A DNA stretch of 64,000 nucleotides from an uncultured Solirubrobacterales bacterium (GTDB taxonomy: Bacteria > Actinomycetota > Thermoleophilia > Solirubrobacterales > JBBDJG01). The stretch lies in assembly GCA_963762195.1 (NCBI GenBank), contig CAVXJX010000006.1, positions 71,562-135,561 of the forward strand, read 5' to 3'. The position numbers and the translations under genes are program-made. Below, piece after piece: positions 57,037-64,000 of the stretch. Under the pieces are notes generated by a model. That model searched no databases, had not been told where the DNA came from, and worked only from the letters and a program-made list of their open reading frames with translations. Positions within the stretch are counted from its first letter, which is position 1; each line of letters begins with the position of its first letter.

Positions 57037-58548
57037 ATGAAGCGAGCGTCCACGCGCGATCTACCTCCGCTCGGCCTGCTCGTTTTCGTGGTGGGCGCGG
57101 CCTCGCTGGGCGCCGAGATCGCGGCCGCGCGGCTGATGGCGCCTTTCTTCGGTGCGTCCACGATCGTGTGGGCGAACACGATCGGCGTGGTGCTGGTGTC
57201 GCTCGCGGTCGGGTACTGGGTCGGCGGCCGGTTTGCCGACCGCCACCCGCACAAGCAGGGGCTGTGCACGCTGGTCCTGGTAGCCGGCCTGGCTGTGGCC
57301 GTGATCCCGTTCGTCGCCGATCCGTTCCTCGACGTCTCGGTGGACGCCCTGGACCAGGTCTCTGCCGGAGCGTTCATCGGGTCGCTCGTGGCGGTGTCGG
57401 TGCTCGTGGCCCCGCCGGTGATGCTGCTCGGCGCCGCGTCTCCCTACGCCATCCGGCTGGCGGTCGAGCGAATCGAGGAGAGCGGCACCGTGGCGGGCAG
57501 GATGTATGCGATCTCGACGATCGGGAGCCTCGTCGGCACCTGGAGCTCCGCGCTCGTCCTGGTGCCGCTGCTCGGCACGCGGCGCACATTCATACTCTTC
57601 GGGCTCGTCTGTGCTGTGGTGGCCCTCACGGGGGTGCGCCGACGTGTCGCGATCGCGGTGCCCGCGACGATGATCGCGCTGCTCGCCTTGCCCGTGGGAA
57701 CGATCAAGGGAGCATCCGACGGCACGGTGCTGGAGGAGATCGACACGGAGTACCAGTACGCGCGGGTGGTCGAGAAGCCGGACGGCGAGCGGCAGCTCGA
57801 GCTGAACGAGGGTCAGGCCGTGCATTCGCTCTACCGGCCGGGCTCGTACCTGACCGGCGACATCTGGGACGAGTACCTGGTCCTGCCGATGGCAACCTTC
57901 CCGCGCCCGCCGGCCAGGGTGGCCATTCTCGGCAATGCGGCCGGCACGACCGCCCGTGCCCTCGGCCACTACTTCCCGGCGACCGTCGTGCACGGAGTGG
58001 AGATCGACGGGGAACTGACGCGCCTCGGGCGAAAATGGTTCGACCTGCGCAACCCGCGCATGAAGGTATTCCACGAGGATGCGCGGCCGTACCTGCGGCG
58101 CACGGACGAGCGCTACGACCTGATCACGGTCGATGCCTACCGCCAGCCGTACATTCCCTTCTATCTCACGACGCGTGAGTTCTTCGAGCTCGTGCGGGAC
58201 CGCCTGCGGCCCGGCGGCGCGGTGATCGTGAATGCGGGCCATCCGGAAGGTCAGGACGATCTCGAGAAGGTCCTGAGTGCCACGATGGCGGAGGTGTTCC
58301 CCGCGGTGCTGCGAGATCCGAGCGAGGACACGAACACGCTGATCATCGGCGCGACCGCCGGCGCTTCGGCGAAGCGGTTGCGCAACGCGGCTCCCGGCCT
58401 GCCCCCCGACCTCCGGTCACTCGCCGTGGCGGCGGCGGAGCGACTTGCACCTCGTCTGCAGGGAGGCACTGTGTACACGGACGACAAGGCGCCGGTCGAG
58501 TGGTTGATAGACAAGTCGATCGTTCAATACGCTGCCGACGGCGATTGA
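57037..58548 (+). CDS. Membrane-fused spermidine-synthase-like (polyamine aminopropyltransferase family) protein
   Basis: About 7 N-terminal TM helices, then QYARVVE..., ILGNAAGTTAR and ITVDAYRQPYIPFYLTTREFF (SpeE-like class I methyltransferase fold). Confidence 0.85.
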   Translation: MKRASTRDLPPLGLLVFVVGAASLGAEIAAARLMAPFFGASTIVWANTIGVVLVSLAVGYWVGGRFADRHPHKQGLCTLVLVAGLAVAVIPFVADPFLDVSVDALDQVSAGAFIGSLVAVSVLVAPPVMLLGAASPYAIRLAVERIEESGTVAGRMYAISTIGSLVGTWSSALVLVPLLGTRRTFILFGLVCAVVALTGVRRRVAIAVPATMIALLALPVGTIKGASDGTVLEEIDTEYQYARVVEKPDGERQLELNEGQAVHSLYRPGSYLTGDIWDEYLVLPMATFPRPPARVAILGNAAGTTARALGHYFPATVVHGVEIDGELTRLGRKWFDLRNPRMKVFHEDARPYLRRTDERYDLITVDAYRQPYIPFYLTTREFFELVRDRLRPGGAVIVNAGHPEGQDDLEKVLSATMAEVFPAVLRDPSEDTNTLIIGATAGASAKRLRNAAPGLPPDLRSLAVAAAERLAPRLQGGTVYTDDKAPVEWLIDKSIVQYAADGD

Positions 58549-58568
58549 GCGACGAGGGGGTCGGAGCA

Positions 58569-59397
58569 ATGGGCGCAGACGGCAGGCGGCGGTTCGAGGG
58601 CCGGGTGGTGGTCGTGACGGGCGGCGGGTCGGGACTCGGTGAGGCGATGTCGACAGGCGTTTGCCGCGGAGGGCGGGCACGTCGCGGTGGCCGACATCCG
58701 GAAGGACGGCGCCGAGAAGGTGGCGGAGGCCGCCGATGGAGAGGCGCGCGGTTACGCGTGCGACGTCTCGGACTCGGCGGCGGTGCGCGGCCTGTTCGAC
58801 GCGGTTGCGTCGGACTTCGGCGACGTCGACGTGCTGGTCAACAACGCGGGCATCGCGCGCCGCAACCAGGACACCCAGGACCGAATGCTCGCCCAGATGC
58901 AAGCGGTGATGGAGGGCGGCGAGCGAGAGTCGCTCGGCGCGACGAAGGAGCTGAGCGACGAGGACTGGGACCACATGATCCGGGTCCACCTGTACGGGAC
59001 CTTCTACTGCACGCGCGAAGTCCTCAAGGTGATGGAGCCGAACCGCCGTGGTGCGATCCTCAACATCTCCTCCGTCGCGGCGCTGCAGGGACTGCCGGGA
59101 GCGCCGGACTACTCGGCCGCAAAGGCCGGGATCATCGGCATCACCCGTGCCGTGGCGCAGGAGGTCAGTGGGTCAGGGATCCGCGTGAACGCGATCGCGC
59201 CGGGTTGGATCCGCACGCCGATGGTGCAGGAGGAGATCGACCCGCGGCTGCTGCCGATCCTGCTGGCCCAGGTCCCGCTCGGCGGGATGGGCGAACCCGA
59301 GCACATCGCCGCCCTCGCGCTGCACCTGTGCTCGGACGAGGCCGCCTACACGACGGGCCAGGTGGTCAGCCCGAACGGCGGGCTGCACCCGTACTGA
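58569..59397 (+). CDS. Short-chain dehydrogenase/reductase (FabG-like); frame change near 58650
   Basis: VVVVTGGGSGLGEAM lies in one frame. FAAEGGHVAVAD..., NNAG and YSAAKAG (YxxxK) lie in the next. Confidence 0.85.
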
Positions 59398-60163
59398 TCA
59401 GGCTGCTTGGGGCGGTGCGTGCATTTTCGGTTGCTGTACAACCGAAATCGCGCTCACCTCTGACTGGGTTGCCGAATCCAGCCACCGGCCCAGCGGCAGG
59501 TGCGGCTGCGGGCCGATCGTGCGCACGGCGAGCGCCGGGAGCGTCACCACCTCGACACCGCCGAGGCGTGCGATCGTCTCGCGGTTCGAGTGCTCCATCT
59601 CTCCCGGCTGTGCGGGCCATGGAGTGAGCACCACGCCCGCGACGTCGAGGCCGGCCGACCGCGCGCACTCGATCGTCATCAGCGTGTGGCTGATCGTCCC
59701 GAGCCCCGGCCGCGCTGCGATCACGACGGGCATGCCGAGGTCGGCGGCGAAGTCACGCACGAGGTAGGTGTCCGACAGGGGAACGAGCAGGCCGCCGACG
59801 CCCTCGGCGACGAGCACGTCGCCGGCTGCGGCGGCGTGCCGTGCCGCCGCGAGCAGCCGGTGCGGGCTCGATGGGCTCCCGTGCTGCCGCAGCGGCCAGG
59901 TGCGGGGACACCGGCGGCCCGAAGAGATAGGGAGAGATGTCCCGCGGTGGTTGCGCAGATCGCGCCGCCGCCCGCAGGCGCAGGTGATCGGCTTCCGGCC
60001 CGTCGAGGTCGTCGAGCCCGGTGACCACCGGCTTGAAGACCGAGACGCGCTCGCCGAGCGCCGTGAGCGTCGCAGCGATCGCCGCGGCGACGACCGTCTT
60101 GCCGACCTCCGTGTCGGTGCCCGTCACGAACAGGCCCCTCGGCCCGAGGCGCTTACGCAGCAC
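59398..60163 (-). CDS. bioD: Dethiobiotin synthetase; 1-nt insertion near 59859
   Basis: GLFVTGTDTEVGKTVVAAA (P-loop) lies in one frame and VLVAEGVGGLLVPL in the next. The GTG start overlaps the end of bioF. Confidence 0.85.
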
Positions 60164-61379
60164 GCTGCATCTCGTAGTCGAACAGGTGCGCCGTGCGCGG
60201 CTCTCGGGCCGCAGGGCGGGCGTCGTCGGCGTCGCACGCGGCGCCGATCTGCGCGGCGGCGCGTCTGCAGCTCGGCCGTGTTGTGCGTCGGCCATCGCCG
60301 TGAGCCTCAGGCGCGACGTGCCCTCCGGCACTGTGGGGGGCCGGATCGCCTGCGCGAAGACGCCGTGCGCGCAGAGCCCGCTCACATACCGACACCGCGC
60401 GGACGGCGTCACCGACCACGACGGGCACGATCGGCGTCTCGCCCTCGGGCGGATTCAGGCCGTGCGCGGCCAGCGCCGTGCGCAGCGTGCGGGAGTTGCG
60501 GCTCAGCCGCTCGACTCGCCGCGGCTGCTCCGCCAGGATGTCCACGGCCGCGAGCGCCCCGGCGATGACGGGTGGCGCCGGTCCAGTCGAGAAGATCAGG
60601 GTGCGGGCGGTGTTGACGAGGTAGCGCTTCATCGCCGTGTCGCAGCACACGTACGCGCCGTAGGAGCCGAGCGCCTTGCCGAGCGTCCCCACGATCAGGT
60701 CGATCTCGCCCTGGAGCCCCGCGGCCGCAACAGTCCCGCGCCCGCCCGGGCCGAGTACACCGGTCGCGTGCGCCTCGTCCACCATCACCCGGGCGTCGTA
60801 GCGTCGGGCCAGCTCGACGATGCGGACCAGCGGCGCGACGTCGCCGTCCATCGAGAACACGCCGTCGGTGACGATCAGGCTGCCGCGCCCGCCGGACTCG
60901 CGCAGGCCCCACTCGAGGTGCTCCATGTCGACGTGGCGATACACGAACGTCTCCGCGCCCGCCAGGCGGCAGCCGTCGATGATGCTCGCATGGTTGAGCG
61001 CGTCGGAAAACACGACGTCGCCCTTTTGCGCGAGGGCCTGGATGACTCCCATGTTGGCGAGGTAGCCCGAGCCGAACAGCACGCAGCGCTCCGATTTCTT
61101 GAAGGCGGCGAGCCGCTCCTCGAGGCGGCGGTGAAGCGTCATGTTGCCCGATACAAGTCGTGAGGCGCCCGAGCCGACGCCGTAGCGCATGGCTGCCTCG
61201 GCGGCTGCCGTGCGCACGCGGGGGTGGTCGGCCAGCCCCAGGTAGTTGTTGGAGCACAGCAGCAGCACCTCCTTGCCGTCGAGCAGCACCCGCGGTCCCT
61301 GCGGGCCCGAGACCATGCGCATGCGCCGGTACAGGCCGGCTTCGCGCAACTCCTCGAGGCGTTCCTCTATCTCGCTCAC
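60153..61379 (-). CDS. bioF: 8-amino-7-oxononanoate synthase (GTG start); about three frame changes between 60258 and 60373
   Basis: SNNYLGLA, DALNHASIIDG, DEAHATG, GTLGKALGSYG (PLP Lys). The conserved C-terminus AHGVFAQAIRPPTVPEGTSRLRLTAMA / HNTAELQ / AAAQIGAA... is spread over three frames. Confidence 0.9.
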   Translation of the reverse strand: MSEIEERLEELREAGLYRRMRMVSGPQGPRVLLDGKEVLLLCSNNYLGLADHPRVRTAAAEAAMRYGVGSGASRLVSGNMTLHRRLEERLAAFKKSERCVLFGSGYLANMGVIQALAQKGDVVFSDALNHASIIDGCRLAGAETFVYRHVDMEHLEWGLRESGGRGSLIVTDGVFSMDGDVAPLVRIVELARRYDARVMVDEAHATGVLGPGGRGTVAAAGLQGEIDLIVGTLGKALGSYGAYVCCDTAMKRYLVNTARTLIFSTGPAPPVIAGALAAVDILAEQPRRVERLSRNSRTLRTALAAHGLNPPEGETPIVPVVVGDAVRAVSVCERALRARRLRAGDPAPHSAGGHVAPEAHGDGRRTTRPSCRRAAAQIGAACDADDARPAAREPRTAHLFDYEMQRAA

Positions 61380-61401
61380 GCCTCGCCCCTCCGGATGCCG
61401 C

Positions 61402-62523
61402 TCAGGCGGCCTCAGGGTAGGCCGGCGGCTTGCTCTTCTTGCGCATCCGCAGCTGCGTCGACGGATCCCAGAAGTTGGCCTCGGCCTGGCTCGACACGAG
61501 CTCCTCCATCGGCGTCGCGGGCGTCTCGCCGTCCAGCCAGCCCGTCCTGTTGTCGGGCCGCGGGTTCGCGCCGTTGTCCTCCTGGCGCGCGACGTTCAGG
61601 CCGAGACCCTCGAACATGGCGCGGTCCTCCTCGGGCTCCGAGCCCAGTGTGGTGAGGAAGTTGCCCATCATCACGCCGTTCAGGCCCGCTTTCACGGCCA
61701 GCGGCTGCAGCTCGCCGAGGTTCTCGACGCGGCCCCCGCACAGGCGGAACAGCGCATCGGGGAGGATCAGGCGGAAGATCGCGATGAACTTGACCGCGTC
61801 CCACGGGTCGATCAGGTCGCGGTCGCCGAACTTCGTGCCGGCGCGGGGGTTGAGCAGGTTGATCGGGACACTGGTGGGGTCCAGCTCCGCCAGCTCGAAG
61901 GCCATCTCGACGCGCTGCCGGCGGCTCTCGCCGAGATTCAGGATGCCGCCCACGCAGGTCTCGAGCCCGGCGTCGCGCACCGCCTGGATCGTCCGCACTC
62001 GGCCCTCGTAGCGCACGGTGGTGGAGACCTCGTCGTAGTAGCTGCGAGCGGTCTCGACGTTGTGGTGCACCCGCTGGATGCCGGCCTCCTTGAGCTGCTT
62101 CGCACGGTCGGCCGACATATGGCCGATCGACGCGCAGCGCTTGAGGTTCGTGTGCTCGGCGACCAGCTTTGCGCCCTCCACGACCTTGGCGAAGTCACGC
62201 TTGGAGAGTCCCTGGCCCTGCGTCACCATGCAGAAGCGGTGCGCGCCGGCCGCCTCGGCCGCGCGCGCGTGCTCGAGCATCTGCTCGGGCTCCATCAGCG
62301 CGTGCATCGGCGTCTCCGCATCGGCGTACTTCGACTGCGCGCAGAAGCCGCAGTCCTCGGCGCAGCCGCCGCTCTTCGCGTTGACCAGCGAGCACATGTC
62401 GGTGGACTCGCCGAAGTTGTCCTGGCGCACCGTCCACGCGACGTCGACGAGCCGCTCGATGTCGGCGTGTGACTCCAGCTCGCCGAGCTCGAGCGCCTCT
62501 TCGAAGGTGATCAGGGGCGCCAT
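61402..62523 (-). CDS. bioB: Biotin synthase (radical SAM)
   Basis: SGGCAEDCGFCAQS (CxxxCxxC), NHNVETA and GGILNLGES. A ~60-aa C-terminal tail follows. Confidence 0.95.
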   Translation of the reverse strand: MAPLITFEEALELGELESHADIERLVDVAWTVRQDNFGESTDMCSLVNAKSGGCAEDCGFCAQSKYADAETPMHALMEPEQMLEHARAAEAAGAHRFCMVTQGQGLSKRDFAKVVEGAKLVAEHTNLKRCASIGHMSADRAKQLKEAGIQRVHHNVETARSYYDEVSTTVRYEGRVRTIQAVRDAGLETCVGGILNLGESRRQRVEMAFELAELDPTSVPINLLNPRAGTKFGDRDLIDPWDAVKFIAIFRLILPDALFRLCGGRVENLGELQPLAVKAGLNGVMMGNFLTTLGSEPEEDRAMFEGLGLNVARQEDNGANPRPDNRTGWLDGETPATPMEELVSSQAEANFWDPSTQLRMRKKSKPPAYPEAA

Positions 62524-62561
62524 CCGGCCGGAATCTAGGCAGCGGCCCGGACGAGTGCCCG

Positions 62562-62999
62562 CTAATCGATGCGGGCTACGAAGAGCAGGTTGCCGAATAG
62601 CGCAACGAGGAACCCGATGCCGATGCCCACAGGGCCGTTCCACTTCGTGCGGGCTACGAGCGCGGTGGACAGCACCAGTGCGGCCCACGACGCCCACAGC
62701 GCGACGCCGAAGTAGAGGTAGCCCGGCCCCCCTCGATACTGGGCCCGATCCTCGTTTTCGAAGTACCCCCAAACTGCGGCTGCGCCAAGGAGGGCAAGGA
62801 CCGGCAGCGCGGACAACAAGGCCTCGCGTGCCGACTCGGCGCGCCCTCTCACGCCGATCGCGGCAAGACCCGCAATGACGGCGTACACCGGCACAAGGAC
62901 CTTTTTCTCCTCCCCGAGGTCCCCTCCGTCGTAGGCGGGCAGGAAAAACACCGCCGCTGAAATGGTCAGGAACCAGAGCAGGAAGAAGAGGAGCCTCAT
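62562..62999 (-). CDS. Hypothetical 4-TM membrane protein
   Basis: Hydrophobic 145-aa ORF directly upstream of bioB on the same strand. I recognise no family. Confidence 0.5.
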   Translation of the reverse strand: MRLLFFLLWFLTISAAVFFLPAYDGGDLGEEKKVLVPVYAVIAGLAAIGVRGRAESAREALLSALPVLALLGAAAVWGYFENEDRAQYRGGPGYLYFGVALWASWAALVLSTALVARTKWNGPVGIGIGFLVALFGNLLFVARID

Positions 63000-63008
63000 C
63001 CGCCCGGA

Positions 63009-64000
63009 CTACTCGTACGCGAGCGCCTCCAGCACGTTCAGCCGCGACGCACGCCGGGCGGGCGGGATTGCCGCCAGGACGCCGGCCAGCACGGCCAGAA
63101 TGGCGAACACGATCAACGACGCGAATGGGATCGAGAGCAGGAAACCTTCGTCCTCGAGCGCGACGGTGGTGACCACTCCGAGGATGAAGCCGACCGTCAG
63201 GCCGAGCACCGCGCCGATCAGGGCGGTGATCACCGACTCGTAGCGGACGATCCGCCGCACCAGCGAGCGTGGTGTGCCGATCGCGCGCATCATGCCGATC
63301 TCCCGCGTGCGCTCGTGAATGGAAAGCACAAGCGTGTTGACGATGCCGAACAATGAGACGATCACCGACAGCGACAGCAGTGCATAGATGAGCGCCAGGA
63401 ACTGGTCGATGCCCCCGGTGATGCTGTCCTTGAACTCGCTTTGGTTCTGGACCTCGGCCACCGGGAAGCGCTGATCGAGAACGCGCTCGATGCTTGCCTG
63501 GACCCGGTCGACGTCCGCCCCGGACTGCACTCCGATGAACTGGAGGTCGTCGTCGCGCTGGCCGAACGCGCGCGTGATCGTGGTGCCGGTCGTCATGAAA
63601 TCGCCGATCAGCCCTGTCTTGTCTTCGAATATGCCGGGCACCGTCAGCTCGATCCTCTTGTCGGGCCCGCAGCAGCCGATGGGCGTCGTGACCTCCAACC
63701 GGTCGCCGACGTTGAGGTCGTTCGCCTCCGCGAAGTCCTTCTCGAGCGCCAGTTGGTTTGACCGCAGCGCCGAGAAAAGGTTGGGCGGTCCCTCGTCGAT
63801 GTCCGTGTCCCATATGCGCTCGTAGGTGCGAGGATCGATGCCGCTTCCGAACGGCTTGCCGCTGGCGCCCTTCACCTTCGCCTGAGAGGACTTCAGCTCC
63901 GACACGACTTCCACGCCCGGCACGGCGCGGATCGCCGTCGCCGACTCAGAGCTGATCGGCGAGAAGTTGCCGTCGTTGTTGAGCACCACGAGCTCCGCCC
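63009..64000 (-). CDS. FtsX/MacB-type ABC transporter permease, 5' end outside the window
   Basis: The C-terminal FtsX domain reads LSLSVIVSLFGIVNTLVLSIHERTREIGMMRAIG..R..V. The frame stays open to the window edge. Confidence 0.8.
   Translation of the reverse strand, partial: AELVVLNNDGNFSPISSESATAIRAVPGVEVVSELKSSQAKVKGASGKPFGSGIDPRTYERIWDTDIDEGPPNLFSALRSNQLALEKDFAEANDLNVGDRLEVTTPIGCCGPDKRIELTVPGIFEDKTGLIGDFMTTGTTITRAFGQRDDDLQFIGVQSGADVDRVQASIERVLDQRFPVAEVQNQSEFKDSITGGIDQFLALIYALLSLSVIVSLFGIVNTLVLSIHERTREIGMMRAIGTPRSLVRRIVRYESVITALIGAVLGLTVGFILGVVTTVALEDEGFLLSIPFASLIVFAILAVLAGVLAAIPPARRASRLNVLEALAYE

Noticed and set aside
61402-63813. 803-aa ORF running upstream from bioB, and likewise the 560-aa ORF at 49708-51390 and the 727-aa ORF at 51100-53283.
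   Set aside because: Only the part matching the conserved protein (BioB, TolB-like, ALDH) is coding. The remainder is open frame crossing other genes on the same or opposite strand, with low-complexity Arg/Pro-rich translation.

Overview
High-G+C bacterial chromosome segment with Actinobacteria-like protein sequences and codon usage. I cannot name the organism. Positions 1-24,600 carry the conserved translation gene block on the + strand. It runs rpsL-rpsG, then a 2.5 kb opposite-strand insertion, then fusA-tuf, the S10 operon (rpsJ to rpsQ), the spc operon (rplN to rplO, secY, adk, map), rpmJ and the alpha operon (rpsM, rpsK, rpsD, rpoA, rplQ), and truA. The remainder is mixed housekeeping and accessory genes. 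These include a three-gene prepilin/minor-pilin-like operon, surE-ligA, a MATE exporter, and one reading frame joining a LuxR-type regulator to a PBP4-type DD-peptidase. They also include a lipid-flavoured neighbourhood (R2lox-like oxidase, patatin, CmcI-like methyltransferase, acyl-CoA synthetase) and an ECF sigma factor fused to a zinc anti-sigma domain. Further along are tRNA-Pro(CGG), xthA, sodA, several hydrolases, a GH2 glycosidase, thiolase, a TolB-like propeller, SCP2/ALDH/DUF779, Nudix and rubredoxin. A split biotin cluster (bioA ... bioD-bioF-bioB) and a 5'-truncated FtsX-type ABC permease close the window. About 30 genes, including essential single-copy ribosomal protein genes, read correctly only after a 1-nt frame correction, often at short C or G runs. 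I read this as assembly or consensus error rather than gene decay, and it lowers confidence in every gene fusion reported here. No CRISPR array, rRNA gene, transposase or integrase was seen. All calls come from reading the supplied translations and the sequence by eye; no database search was run.
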